Source of the DNA: a virus
IMG/VR virus record: IMGVR_UViG_3300028029_000109
Direction: 5' to 3' (one strand)
DNA length: 64,000 bases
In this document: piece after piece, positions 26,101 to 37,837 of the stretch
Layout of the letters: every line of letters begins with the position of its first letter
Position numbering within the stretch: position 1 is the first letter of the stretch
Program-made: the position numbers and the translations under genes
The notes under the pieces: generated by a model
The model's database searches: none
The model's input: the letters and a program-made list of their open reading frames with translations, nothing else
What the model was told of the DNA's origin: nothing

Positions 26101-27831
26101 ATGAATCAATCTCTCCCCCTAATGCTACAGTCAATTTTTGACAACGACCTATATAAGTTTACGATGCAACAGGCTGTGCTTGAATTGTATCCTGATGCAA
26201 TTGTACAGTACAGGTTTAAAAATAGAGGTTCTCATAAGTTCGGTGAGAGATTTCTTGAGTTGTTCAAATCAGGCCTTGAGAATGTGAAAAATCTTAAAGG
26301 TACTGAGGAAGAGTATAAAAAATTCGAAACTCTCTCTTTTATCAAACCCTGGTATGCGGCTTACGTTAAAAGCTTTAGGTTCGACCCATCTCAAATAACG
26401 TTCGACATGAAAGATGGCGGTCTATCTCTACAGATTGATGGCCCTTGGCACTCTACTATTTTATGGGAAGTTCCACTGATGGCTCTCATTTCCGAATGCT
26501 ACTTCCAAATTGAAAAAAAAGATGGTCTTTGGGATATGAAAAATCAAGCATCCAAGCTTGAGCTTAAAGGTAATAGGCTAAGTACTGGTCATTGCAGGTA
26601 CGCTGATTTTGGTACTCGTAGACGTAGGTGTTATGAGGTACAAGACTTCATTGTTAATAAGATGAAGGATCATTACTGGTTCTCTGGAACATCCAATGTT
26701 CATCTAGCATTCAAACATGGTGTACGTCCTATTGGAACTATGGCTCATGAATGGGTTCAAGCTACAGCTGCCCTTGAGAGCATGAATCACCCCAATCGTT
26801 TTATGCTTGAAAACTGGGTGAAAGTATACGGCTCTGATCTTGGCATTGCCCTGCCAGACACGTATGGTGCCGAATCCTTCTTCAAGGATTTCAACAAGAC
26901 GCTGGCATCAATTTATGATGGAGTACGTCATGACTCTGGTGATCCATTCATATTCGCAGACAAGGTTGTACAACATTACAAAGAGATTGGAATTGACCAT
27001 ACCTCCAAAACTATTGTTTTCTCGGACGGCCTTAATGCAGACCTGGCAGCAGAGATTCAGACATATTGTGATAATATTGAAATAAAGTGCTCGTTCGGAA
27101 TTGGAACATCTTTTACGAATGATTTTGACACGCCAGCTCTAAACATGGTAATCAAGTTATGGTCTGTCAATGGAATGTGCGTGGTAAAGCTTTCGGATAA
27201 CCCTGGGAAGGCTAATGGCGACGAAGCAATGGTTAAAATCATGAGACACATTCACATGCCGGAGGCATGTATAATGGAAGAAGTAGATGCGAAAACAGCT
27301 CCAAAATCTTTTGGTTATAAGCTGAGAAATAATCTTCTAACATTAGAGGATCAGAAAGAAGCATTAACGGATCCTTATTGGGCTTATATATTTGCAAAAC
27401 ATATTCCAGGAGCAGACATTGAAGCCTGTCAAAAAGCAGTAATCAAGGATCCTGAATGGGCTTATGAGTTTGCAAAAGATATTCCAGGAGCTAATATTGA
27501 AGCCTGTCAAGGTGGAGCAGTAAAAAATCCTTATTGGGCTTATATATTTGCAAAAGATGTTCCAGGAGCTAATATTGAATTTTGCCAGGAAGCAGCGGTT
27601 AATGAGTCAGAATGGGCTTATCATTTTGCAAGAGATGTTAAGGGAGCAGATATTGAAGTTTGTCAGGAAGGAGCAGTAAAGGATCCTGAATGGGCTTATA
27701 AATTTGCAAGAGATGTTAAGAGAGCAGATATTGAAGTCTGTCAGGGTGGAGTAATCAAGGATCCTGAATGGGCTTATCAATTTGCAAAAGATATTCCAGA
27801 GCAGACATTGAAGCTTGTCAGGAAGCAATAA
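26101..27831 (+). CDS. pncB: nicotinate phosphoribosyltransferase fused in frame to a 26-aa repeat protein
   Basis: 'DNDLYKFTMQQA', 'DFGTRRR', 'GTSNV', 'GTMAHEW', 'GVRHDSGDP', 'IVFSDGL', 'FGIGT', 'KLSDNPGK'; then without a stop 'DAKTAPKSFGYKL...' plus ~5 repeats. Confidence 0.92.
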   Translation: MNQSLPLMLQSIFDNDLYKFTMQQAVLELYPDAIVQYRFKNRGSHKFGERFLELFKSGLENVKNLKGTEEEYKKFETLSFIKPWYAAYVKSFRFDPSQITFDMKDGGLSLQIDGPWHSTILWEVPLMALISECYFQIEKKDGLWDMKNQASKLELKGNRLSTGHCRYADFGTRRRRCYEVQDFIVNKMKDHYWFSGTSNVHLAFKHGVRPIGTMAHEWVQATAALESMNHPNRFMLENWVKVYGSDLGIALPDTYGAESFFKDFNKTLASIYDGVRHDSGDPFIFADKVVQHYKEIGIDHTSKTIVFSDGLNADLAAEIQTYCDNIEIKCSFGIGTSFTNDFDTPALNMVIKLWSVNGMCVVKLSDNPGKANGDEAMVKIMRHIHMPEACIMEEVDAKTAPKSFGYKLRNNLLTLEDQKEALTDPYWAYIFAKHIPGADIEACQKAVIKDPEWAYEFAKDIPGANIEACQGGAVKNPYWAYIFAKDVPGANIEFCQEAAVNESEWAYHFARDVKGADIEVCQEGAVKDPEWAYKFARDVKRADIEVCQGGVIKDPEWAYQFAKDIPEQTLKLVRKQ

Positions 27832-27937
27832 TTAAAGAGCCTGTATGGGTTTATAATTTTGCAAGAGGTGTTAAGGGAGCGAATATTGAAGCTTGTAAGA
27901 AAGCATATCAAGGAACAGAATTCGAAAGATTTGATGA

Positions 27938-28171
27938 ATGTTAGAATTTATGATACAGCACGCTAAAACAACTCCGAAATCTTTTGGGTATAGACTCAAT
28001 AATGGTTTAGTAACCTTAGAGAATCAGGAAGAAGCATTAACAAGTCCTAAATGGGCTTATGAATTTGCAAGAAATGTTACAGGAGCAGATATTGAAGTCT
28101 GTCAGGGTGGAGCAATCAAGGATCCTGGATGGGCTTATAATTTTGCAAGATATGTTAAAGGAGCGAATTAA
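27938..28171 (+). CDS. 26-aa repeat protein, short (array 2)
   Basis: Head variant MLEFMIQHAKTTPKS; truncated by a 13-nt tandem duplication. Confidence 0.7.
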   Translation: MLEFMIQHAKTTPKSFGYRLNNGLVTLENQEEALTSPKWAYEFARNVTGADIEVCQGGAIKDPGWAYNFARYVKGAN

Positions 28172-28234
28172 AGGAGCGAATATTTAAGCTTGTAAGAAAG
28201 CATATCAAGGAACAGAATTCGAAAGATTTGATGA

Positions 28235-28780
28235 ATGTCAGAATTTATGATACAGCACGCTAAAACATCTCCGAAATCTTTTTGGTATAAGCTGAAAAAT
28301 GGTTTAGTAACCTTAGAGGATCAGGAAGAAGCATTAACGGATCCTTATTGGGCTTATTATTTTGCAAAACATATTCCAGGATCAAGTATTGAAGTCTGTC
28401 AGGAAGGAGCAATAAAGAGTCCTGAATGGGCTTATTATTTTGCAAGATATATTCCAGGAGCTAACATTGAAGTCTGTCAGGAAGCAGTAGTAAAGAGTTA
28501 TTATTGGTCTTATGAATTTGCAAAGGATGTTACAGGAGCTAACATTGAAGCCTGTCAGGGTGGAGCAATTAAGGAGCCTAAATGGGCTTATTATTTTGCA
28601 AGAAATGTTACAGGAGCAGACATTGAAGCCTGTCAGGGTGGAGCAGTAAAGGAGCCTGGATGGGCTTATAATTTTGCAAGATATGTTAAAGGGGCGAACA
28701 TTGAAGTCTGTCAGGAAGCAATTAAGGATCCTGAATGGGCTTATCAATTTGCAAAAGATATTCCAGAGGCTAACACTTAA
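28235..28780 (+). CDS. 26-aa repeat protein (array 2)
   Basis: Head plus ~5 repeats. Confidence 0.88.
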   Translation: MSEFMIQHAKTSPKSFWYKLKNGLVTLEDQEEALTDPYWAYYFAKHIPGSSIEVCQEGAIKSPEWAYYFARYIPGANIEVCQEAVVKSYYWSYEFAKDVTGANIEACQGGAIKEPKWAYYFARNVTGADIEACQGGAVKEPGWAYNFARYVKGANIEVCQEAIKDPEWAYQFAKDIPEANT

Positions 28781-28827
28781 ACTTGTAATAATTATATAAT
28801 GGGAACAGGATTCGAAAGATTTAGTGA

Positions 28828-29376
28828 ATGTTAGAATTTTTAATTAGAGATGCGAAAACAGCTCCGAAATCTTTTGGGTATAGACTCAATAATGGTTTAG
28901 TAACCTTAGAGGATCAGGAAGAAGCATTAACAAATCCTAAATGGGCTTATGAATTTGCAAAAGATATTACAGGAGCAGATATTGAAGCCTGTCAGAAAGT
29001 AGCAGTAAAGAGTCCCAAATGGGCTTATTACTTTGCAAAGGACATTATAGGGGCAGATATTGAAGCCTGTCAGAAAGTAGCAGTAAAGAGTCCTGGATGG
29101 GCTTATTATTTTGCAAAAGATGTTACAGGAGCAGATATTGAGGTCTGTCAGGAGCAAGCAGTCAAGGATCCTGTATGGGCTTATAATTTTGCAAGATATG
29201 TTAAAGGAGCAGATATTGAATTCTGTCAGAAAGCAGCAGTTAAGGATCCTGAATGGGCTTATTTATTTGCAAAATATGTTAAAGGAGCAAGTATTGAAAT
29301 CTGTCAGGGTGGAGTAATCAAGGATCCTGAATTGGCTTATCAATTTGCAAAAGATATTCCAGAGGCTAACATTTAA
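28828..29376 (+). CDS. 26-aa repeat protein (array 2)
   Basis: Head plus ~5 repeats. Confidence 0.9.
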   Translation: MLEFLIRDAKTAPKSFGYRLNNGLVTLEDQEEALTNPKWAYEFAKDITGADIEACQKVAVKSPKWAYYFAKDIIGADIEACQKVAVKSPGWAYYFAKDVTGADIEVCQEQAVKDPVWAYNFARYVKGADIEFCQKAAVKDPEWAYLFAKYVKGASIEICQGGVIKDPELAYQFAKDIPEANI

Positions 29377-29423
29377 ACTTGTAATAAGTATATAATGGGA
29401 ACAGGATTCGAAAGATTTAGTGA

Positions 29424-29831
29424 ATGTTAGAATTTTTAATTAGAGATGCGAAAACTGCTCCGAAATCTTTTGGTTATAGACTCAATAATAGTTTAGTAAC
29501 CTTAGAGGATCAGGAAGAAGCATTAACAAATCCTAAATGGGCTTATTACTTTGCAAAAGATGTTCCAGGAGCAGATATTGAAGCCTGTCAGGGTGGAGCA
29601 GTTAAGGAGTCTTATTGGGCTTATTGTTTTGCAAGATATATTCCAGGAGCGAATATTGAAGCCTGTCAGGAAGGAGCAATCAAGGATCCTTATTGGGCTT
29701 ATATATTTGCAAGATATGTTAAAAGAGCAGATATTAAAGTTTGTCAGGGAGGGGCAATCAAGAATTCTTATTGGGCTTATCATTTTGCAAAAAATGTTAC
29801 AGGAGCAGGTATTGAAGTCTGTAAAGGTTAA
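29424..29831 (+). CDS. 26-aa repeat protein (array 2), premature stop
   Basis: Head plus ~3-4 repeats; repeat homology continues past the TAA. Confidence 0.8.
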   Translation: MLEFLIRDAKTAPKSFGYRLNNSLVTLEDQEEALTNPKWAYYFAKDVPGADIEACQGGAVKESYWAYCFARYIPGANIEACQEGAIKDPYWAYIFARYVKRADIKVCQGGAIKNSYWAYHFAKNVTGAGIEVCKG

Positions 29832-29941
29832 TCAATCAATAAGCCTGAATGGGCTTATAAATTTGCAAAAGATATTCCGGGATCTAACATTTAAACTTGT
29901 AATAAGTATATAATAGTAATAGAGTACGAAAGATTTAGTGA

Positions 29942-30231
29942 ATGTTAGAATTTTTTATTAGAGATGCAGAAAATGCTCCGAAATCTTTTGGGTATAAGAT
30001 AAAAATAATCTTGTAACTTTAGAGGATCAGGAAGAAGCATTAACGAATCCTGAATGGGCTTATAGATTTGCAAGATATGTTACAGGAGCAGATATTGAAG
30101 TCTGTCAGGGTGGAGCAGTCAAGGATCCTTATTGGGCTTATGCTTTTGCAATATATATTCCAGGAGCGAATATTGAAGCTTGTAAGAAAGCATATCATGG
30201 AACAGAATACGAAAGGTTTAGTGAGTGTTAG
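29942..30231 (+). pseudogene. frameshifted 26-aa repeat gene (array 2)
   Basis: Head has 'ataaaaataat' versus 'ataaaaaataat' in the intact copy at 10510: a 1-nt deletion in an A run near 30000. Confidence 0.75.
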
Positions 30232-31037
30232 AATTTTTGATTAGAGATGCGAAAACAGCTCCGAAATCTTTTGGGTATAGACTCAATAATGGTTTAGTAA
30301 CCTTAGAGAATCAGGAAGAAGCATTAACAAGCTCTAAATGGGCTTATGAATTTGCAAAAGACATTATAGGGGCAGATATTGAAGCCTGTCAGAAAGTAGC
30401 AGTAAAGAGTCCTGGATGGGCTTATAGATTTGCAAGAAATGTTAAAGGAGCAAATATTGAAGTCTGTCAGAAAGTAGCAGTAAAGAGTCCTGGATGGGCT
30501 TGTAGATTTGCAGGAGATATTCCAGGAGCAGACATTGAAGCTTGTCAGGAAGGAGCAATCAAGGAGCCTGTATGGGCTTATAGATTTGCAAGAGGTGTTA
30601 AGGGAGCAAACATTGAAGTCTGTCAGGAGCAAGCAATTAAAGAGCCTTATTGGGCTTATTATTTTGCAAGATATGTTAAGGGAGCAGATGTTGAAGTTTG
30701 TCAGGAAGCAGTAATCAAGGATCCTTATTGGGCTTATGAATTTGCAAAAGATGTTAAGGGAGCAAACATAGTAATCTGTCAGGGTGGAGCAGTTAATGAG
30801 CCTGTATGGGCTTATTATTTTGCAAGAGATATTACAGGAGCAGACATTGAAGTTTGTCAGGAAGTAGTAAAGGGTTCTGAATGGTCCCATATATTTGCAA
30901 GAGACGTTAAAGGGGCGAGCATTGAAGTCTGTCAGGGTGGAGCAGTAAAGGATCCTAATTGGGCTTATCATTTTGCAAAAGATATTGCAGGAGCAGATGT
31001 TGAAGTTTGTCAGGAAGTAGCGGATAGCGAATGTTAG
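30225..31037 (+). CDS. 26-aa repeat protein (array 2)
   Basis: GTG start; head plus ~9 repeats. Confidence 0.9.
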   Translation: MLEFLIRDAKTAPKSFGYRLNNGLVTLENQEEALTSSKWAYEFAKDIIGADIEACQKVAVKSPGWAYRFARNVKGANIEVCQKVAVKSPGWACRFAGDIPGADIEACQEGAIKEPVWAYRFARGVKGANIEVCQEQAIKEPYWAYYFARYVKGADVEVCQEAVIKDPYWAYEFAKDVKGANIVICQGGAVNEPVWAYYFARDITGADIEVCQEVVKGSEWSHIFARDVKGASIEVCQGGAVKDPNWAYHFAKDIAGADVEVCQEVADSEC

Positions 31038-31645
31038 AATTTTTGATTAGAGATGCAGAAACTGCTCCGAAATCTTTTGGTTATAAGCTAAAAAATAATC
31101 TTGTAACTTTAGAGAATCAGGAAGAAGCATTAACAAGTCCTAAATGGGCTTATAATTTTGCAAAAGATGTTAAAGGAGCAGACATTGAAGCTTGCCAGGA
31201 AGGAGCAATCAAGGAGCCTGTATGGGCTTATTACTTTGCAAGAGATATTCCAGGAGCGAATATTGAAGTTTGTCAGGAAGCAGCAATCAAGGATCCTATA
31301 TGGGCTTATCATTTTGCAAAACATGTTAAAGGAGCAGACATTGAGGTTTGTCAGGAAGGAGCAATCAAGGAGCCTTATTGGGCTTATATATTTGCAAGAG
31401 ACGTTACAGGAGCTAACATTGAGGTTTGTCAGGAGGTAGCAATAAAGAGTTCTGTATGGGCTTATCATTTTGCAAAGGATGTTACAGGAGCTAACATTGA
31501 AGCCTGTCAGGAAGCAGCAATCAAGAATCCTAAATGGGCTTATAAATTTGCAAGAGATGTTACAGGAGCAGACATTGAAGCCTGTCAGGAAGCAGCAATC
31601 AAGGAGCCTAGATGGGCTTATAAATTTGCAGAAGATATTGCATGA
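31031..31645 (+). CDS. 26-aa repeat protein (array 2)
   Basis: Head plus ~6 repeats. Confidence 0.9.
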   Translation: MLEFLIRDAETAPKSFGYKLKNNLVTLENQEEALTSPKWAYNFAKDVKGADIEACQEGAIKEPVWAYYFARDIPGANIEVCQEAAIKDPIWAYHFAKHVKGADIEVCQEGAIKEPYWAYIFARDVTGANIEVCQEVAIKSSVWAYHFAKDVTGANIEACQEAAIKNPKWAYKFARDVTGADIEACQEAAIKEPRWAYKFAEDIA

Positions 31646-31697
31646 GCAAATATTAGAGGCATCATGGTTAAATCACTATACTTGAAGGGTATTTAGC

Positions 31698-32324
31698 ATG
31701 TTAGAATTTTTAATTAGAGATGCGAAAACAGCTCCGAAATCTTTTGGTTATAAGCTAAAAAATAATCTTGTAACTTTAGAGGATCAGGAAGAAGCATTAA
31801 CAAGTCCTAAATGGGCTTATAAATTTGCAAGATATGTTCCAGGAGCAGATATTGAAGTCTGTCAGGGTGGAGCAATCAAGGATCCTGGATGGGCTTATAA
31901 TTTTGCAAGATATATTACAGGTGCAGACATTGAGGTTTGTCAGGAAGGAGCAATCAAGGATTCTTATTGGGCTTATAGATTTGCAAGAGATGTTAAAGGA
32001 GCAAATATTGAAGTTTGTCAGGAAGCAGCGGTTAATAAGCCTGTATGGGCTTATAATTTTGCAAAACATATTCCAGGAGCAAGTATTGAAGTCTGTCAGG
32101 GTGGAGCAATCAAAGATCCTGAGTTGGCTTATAATTTTGCAAAAGATATTAAGGGAGCAGACATTGAAGTTTGTCAGGAACAAGCAATCAAAGATCCTGG
32201 ATGGGCTTATAATTTTGCAAGATATGTTAAAGGGGCGAATATTGAAGTTTGTCAGGGTGGAACAGTCAAGAGTTCTTATTGGGCTTATCAATTTGCAAAA
32301 GATATTCCGGGATCTAACATTTAA
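31698..32324 (+). CDS. 26-aa repeat protein (array 2)
   Basis: Head plus ~6 repeats. Confidence 0.9.
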   Translation: MLEFLIRDAKTAPKSFGYKLKNNLVTLEDQEEALTSPKWAYKFARYVPGADIEVCQGGAIKDPGWAYNFARYITGADIEVCQEGAIKDSYWAYRFARDVKGANIEVCQEAAVNKPVWAYNFAKHIPGASIEVCQGGAIKDPELAYNFAKDIKGADIEVCQEQAIKDPGWAYNFARYVKGANIEVCQGGTVKSSYWAYQFAKDIPGSNI

Positions 32325-32371
32325 ACTTGTAATAAGTATATAATAGTAATAGAATACGAAAGATTTAGTGA

Positions 32372-32692
32372 GTGTTAGAATTTCTGATACAGCACGCTAA
32401 AACATATCCGAAACCTTTTAGGTATAGACTTATTAATGATCTAGTAAATTTAGAGGATCAGGAAGAGGCATTAACGAATCCTGAATGGGCTTATAGATTT
32501 GCAAGAGATGTTAAAGGAGCAAATATTGAAGTTTGTCAGGAAGTAGTAATTAATAGTTCTAGATTGGCACGCTGCGCTGCTAGCTGCGCTGCTAAATGTG
32601 AGCGCAAATTTGATGAACAAAAGTACCAAGTCCTTACGCGAAAGGCTGAGCTTAGTAGTTCAGGGCGACCAGTGGATAGATGGTATCCTTGA
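32372..32692 (+). CDS. chimeric repeat protein: head plus 1 repeat fused to unrelated sequence
   Basis: Repeat homology stops at 'SSRLA' (~32568), then 'RCAASCAAKCERKFDEQ...'. Confidence 0.6.
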   Translation: MLEFLIQHAKTYPKPFRYRLINDLVNLEDQEEALTNPEWAYRFARDVKGANIEVCQEVVINSSRLARCAASCAAKCERKFDEQKYQVLTRKAELSSSGRPVDRWYP

Positions 32693-32972
32693 TGATAAAT
32701 TAAGTAGTATTATCGATTACTGATAACTGAAACTACTGACCTTGATATGGAGGGGTTAGGGTAAGGTTGAATAATCGTTGGTTCAAAAATAGATGCCGAC
32801 AAGGCTAAAGAAACAAACTCTCTTACGCAAATTATTGTGGATAGAATTCATCCTAAGAAAAATAATGGCTTAAGAATTGTTTAGTTGTCGAGCTACATAA
32901 ATTAAATTCTTATCTTAAATAAGATTAATTGCAGGGGTCAGTATAATTACCGATCCCTATTTGTTACTATAA

Positions 32973-34625
<1,653 letters not shown>

Positions 34626-34646
34626 ATATAAAGTGTCGAGAGCATG

Positions 34647-34677
34647 AAGGCCTGCTATCATTAGATAGTGGGCCTTT
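34647..34677 (+). terminator. intrinsic terminator after groEL
   Basis: 13-bp stem AAGGCCTGCTATC-ATTA-GATAGTGGGCCTT. Confidence 0.65.
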
Positions 34678-35286
34678 ATGATTTTGAACAAAGAAAAAAC
34701 TATCCAAATAATCGCTGACTTTCTTTCAGATTACATAAACTCTACGTCATTAAAAAGCTTCTACATACAGGATGGCACCAATCTAAATCTAAACATAAAA
34801 ATATGTGAAAGAGCTAGAAGGAAGTGTGGTGCTCAAATATATCTCATATGGAAGGATAGTGAAGAGGATAACTATGAGTTTGCAAAGCATATTGGCGACG
34901 CAGATAAACATAATTGTTTAATTGTATCAGGGCTATGTAAAACAGATTCTATAAATAGGTCTTTTTACAAATACGATAGTGATAAGCTCGCAGACATATA
35001 TCCCCTTTTAGATTTATACAAATCCGAAATCATTCAGATTGGAGGTACTAAAGATCTCCATTCAGAACATAAAGACATAGAGTATGCGGATAGACAGAAT
35101 GAGCAGAACGGGATAATAATCTCTAAAGAATCTCCATTAAAACATGAAGATTGGTTTAAGTATACGAAGCACCAAAAAGAGGTGATTGCAAAAATGCATG
35201 CTCGTGAAAAATCCACACGCCATAAAGATTTAGTGTCGAGAGGTGCTATATATCCCCGTCTTCGTAATCTGGATATACTAAAATGA
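34678..35286 (+). CDS. degenerate NAD synthetase (NadE)-like protein
   Basis: 'VSGLCKTD...FYKY...ADIYPLLDLYKSEI' and 'KSTRHK' resemble the NadE C-terminal half; the SGGxDS ATP motif is absent. Confidence 0.5.
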   Translation: MILNKEKTIQIIADFLSDYINSTSLKSFYIQDGTNLNLNIKICERARRKCGAQIYLIWKDSEEDNYEFAKHIGDADKHNCLIVSGLCKTDSINRSFYKYDSDKLADIYPLLDLYKSEIIQIGGTKDLHSEHKDIEYADRQNEQNGIIISKESPLKHEDWFKYTKHQKEVIAKMHAREKSTRHKDLVSRGAIYPRLRNLDILK

Positions 35287-35915
35287 AACTCACTAAGTCA
35301 GATTACGACAGAATACATACATATGGATTTTCCGAAGATAATCCAGGATATAAACCAGAGGTAATTGAATCTCCTAATGGAGATGAAAAATGGGATGAGA
35401 AAAAGAAATACGCGCATATCGCTCCTAAATACCTTACTCCACATAGCGTAACTGCTGATGCAGATGAAGTTTGGAAGGTATATAATGAGGCAAGAAAAGA
35501 ATCTGATAGGATTTGTGAGGCCCTTGATATTCCTAAGGAATTCTGGGGAGGTGATGATTCTACTCTAAGGATTTTAGATTACCCACCAGGAGCCACCACA
35601 GCCCCTCACACGGACTTTGACCTCTTCACCATCTGCTTGTACAGAGATGATATGAAGGCTTTCAAGTACCTCTCTGGTTCCGGTGATTCATTGCTGTATA
35701 AAGCAAGGAAGATATCTCCCGGCCTTCACTTTGGAGAACTGATGACTGAGGTTAATGGGGCTACTGCTACTAAGCACGAAGTACTTGGAACTACGAATAG
35801 GCAATGCTCCGCTGTCTTCTTCGTAGTTCCAGATCATAAGGCTAAGCTCCCATCAGGCATTACAGTAGGTGAGTGGATGGAGGAGCGTAAGAGTAGATCG
35901 AGGAAGACTAAGTGA
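35283..35915 (+). CDS. 2OG-Fe(II) oxygenase
   Basis: 'LRILDYPP...PHTDFDLFT' (HxD), distal 'HEV', 'RQCSAVFF'. Confidence 0.75.
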   Translation: MKLTKSDYDRIHTYGFSEDNPGYKPEVIESPNGDEKWDEKKKYAHIAPKYLTPHSVTADADEVWKVYNEARKESDRICEALDIPKEFWGGDDSTLRILDYPPGATTAPHTDFDLFTICLYRDDMKAFKYLSGSGDSLLYKARKISPGLHFGELMTEVNGATATKHEVLGTTNRQCSAVFFVVPDHKAKLPSGITVGEWMEERKSRSRKTK

Positions 35916-36036
35916 ATGAAACTCCTAATGCTCTCTAAAAAGGTAGAGGAATAAGTAGGAACGTTGAGAACTTTTATAACTAGGGGCTTTGCATAGTCTG
36001 GAAGCTTAAAATAGTGAAGATATTAGGAATAGACAA

Positions 36037-36498
36037 ATGAAAATAATACTAACAATAGGTGAACTACACTTGGCAGCACAAAACGGATCTCTTCGTCAGA
36101 TTGAATCCATGTCCAGGAACCTTCCCGATAAGCATGGTTTCGATGGCCCAGGCTGGAACATCCATATTGAAGGAGCAGCAGGGGAGATAGCAGCAGCTAA
36201 AGCTCTTGGTATGTTCTGGGGTGGATCAGTTAATACCTTCAAGTCAGAAGGCGATATTGGCAGACTTGAAATCAGAACCACATCAACCAAGAACAATAGA
36301 CTCATTGTTCGTAATGGTGATAATGATGACGCTGCATTTGTTCTTGTTGTTGGGCGCGCTCCAACGTACCAAGTTGTTGGTTGGATGAGGGGTTCCGAAG
36401 CCAAGCAAGAGAAGTACGTTTCCGCTCCAGGTGGCCGCCCTCCAGCATACTTCGTTCCCAGAGAGGACTTGCACTCTATAGAGAGTCTTAAAGAGTGA
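36037..36498 (+). CDS. hypothetical protein, possible PD-(D/E)xK fold (paralog 1)
   Basis: 'EGAAGEIAAAKALG...GDIGRLEIRT'. Confidence 0.6.
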   Translation: MKIILTIGELHLAAQNGSLRQIESMSRNLPDKHGFDGPGWNIHIEGAAGEIAAAKALGMFWGGSVNTFKSEGDIGRLEIRTTSTKNNRLIVRNGDNDDAAFVLVVGRAPTYQVVGWMRGSEAKQEKYVSAPGGRPPAYFVPREDLHSIESLKE

Positions 36499-36720
36499 AA
36501 TTCCTCTAAACTTTTTAAAAGAAAATCTCAGCAGGAAAAGCTAGCTGCTGAACTTCTAAAAAGAATCATTGTGCTTGTTACTGGGAAATGTAAAACTGTT
36601 CTGTCCAATAGGTCAGAGTACATAGATTCTGAAGGTGTCACCTACAACCTTTGAAATAGATTCTAGGAATGGCAGGTTTGGTCACAAGGTTAAGTGGGGC
36701 GGAGAAAATTGGGTAAAAGT

Positions 36721-37182
36721 ATGAAGATTACATTAACGAAAGGTGAAATGTTTCTAGCAGCTCAGAATGGCACTCTTAGAGTTATAGAGTCCATCATCAA
36801 GGGCTTGCAAGATAGGCACGGCTTTGATGGTCCAGGCTGGGACATCAACGTTGAGGGGGCGGCTGGCGAAATAGCTGCCGCTAAAGCGTTGGGTACTTAC
36901 TGGGGTGGTACCGTCAACACATTCAAAAGTATGGGCGATGTTGGCGACTTAGAAGTAAGGACACGCTCCAAGGATTACTACGAGCTTATAGTCAGAGAGG
37001 GCGATAATTCAAATGCCATCTTTATACTTGTAACTGGACAATCACCAAACTACAATGTTGTTGGGTGGATTAAAGCTTCTGATGCTAAACAGAAGAGATG
37101 GCGTAAGACACATGGTGGGAGGCCGCCCGCATATTTTGTTCCACATGAAAACCTACGACCCCTCGAAGAATTAAAGCTATGA
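36721..37182 (+). CDS. hypothetical protein, possible PD-(D/E)xK fold (paralog 2)
   Basis: Clearly homologous to 36037..36498 along its whole length. Confidence 0.6.
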   Translation: MKITLTKGEMFLAAQNGTLRVIESIIKGLQDRHGFDGPGWDINVEGAAGEIAAAKALGTYWGGTVNTFKSMGDVGDLEVRTRSKDYYELIVREGDNSNAIFILVTGQSPNYNVVGWIKASDAKQKRWRKTHGGRPPAYFVPHENLRPLEELKL

Positions 37183-37541
37183 TTTATAAGGTGATAATGA
37201 AATACATCTATGAACATGATGATTATGATTATGCTCAGATGATTAATATGCTTTCCCACAAATTCGTTTGGGATAAGAATGAAAGATCCACGGGATGGTT
37301 AACAGGGTCCTCTTCATACAAAAGGCATTACAAATGCTTGGAGTGTGAGGTTTCATTTTGCGTCTCTCCGCACCTTTCAGTACGTGGTATGAGAGATGGA
37401 AAAAGCATAAGCCTATTCGAAGGTGATGCTATAAACTCATGTGACATGGAGAAAAAGATAGCTAACCTCGGCGGCTATGCCGATGTTCCACAGTCCTTCA
37501 CTTATGTAACATGTACCAATCCCATTAAAGGGCTTAAATGA
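37179..37541 (+). CDS. small H...CxxC...C protein
   Basis: 'SHKF...YKCLEC...INSC'. Confidence 0.6.
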   Translation: MIYKVIMKYIYEHDDYDYAQMINMLSHKFVWDKNERSTGWLTGSSSYKRHYKCLECEVSFCVSPHLSVRGMRDGKSISLFEGDAINSCDMEKKIANLGGYADVPQSFTYVTCTNPIKGLK

Positions 37542-37837
37542 TTAAAATCATACTTAAATATTTATATGATAGTGGTAAGTACGACCACGAATCGCTCATT
37601 AACACTGTAAGTCATAGGTTTAAATTCGTCTATACTGAAAGACAAAGTGGCTGGGTAACTGGGGGTTATTCTAAAAGGCTTAGATATTATAAGTGTATGG
37701 ATTGCGGAATGCCAGCCGTGTTTGATTTGAACTGGATTTTAGAATGTATGAAGAAAGGCGAGCCTCTTGAGTATCACTCATTCATACATTCGTGTGATGA
37801 GTTTCAAAAGATTAAAGAACTTGATAATGATAATTAG
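37538..37837 (+). CDS. small H...CxxC...C protein (paralog of the previous ORF)
   Basis: 'SHRF...YKCMDC...IHSC'. Confidence 0.6.
   Translation: MIKIILKYLYDSGKYDHESLINTVSHRFKFVYTERQSGWVTGGYSKRLRYYKCMDCGMPAVFDLNWILECMKKGEPLEYHSFIHSCDEFQKIKELDNDN

Larger units (their letters stand above)
27285..32692 (+). repeat. Array 2 of 26-aa-repeat protein genes (10 units, including the PncB fusion and one frameshifted unit)
   Basis: Same head and 78-nt repeat as array 1; distinct ~60-nt linker 'aacatttaaacttgtaataagtatataat...cgaaagatttagtgaATG'. Confidence 0.97.

Noticed and set aside
27900-32400. CRISPR-like array suggested by the recurring ~60-nt linker
   Set aside because: The 'spacers' are 250-800-nt coding repeat genes, and there are no cas genes
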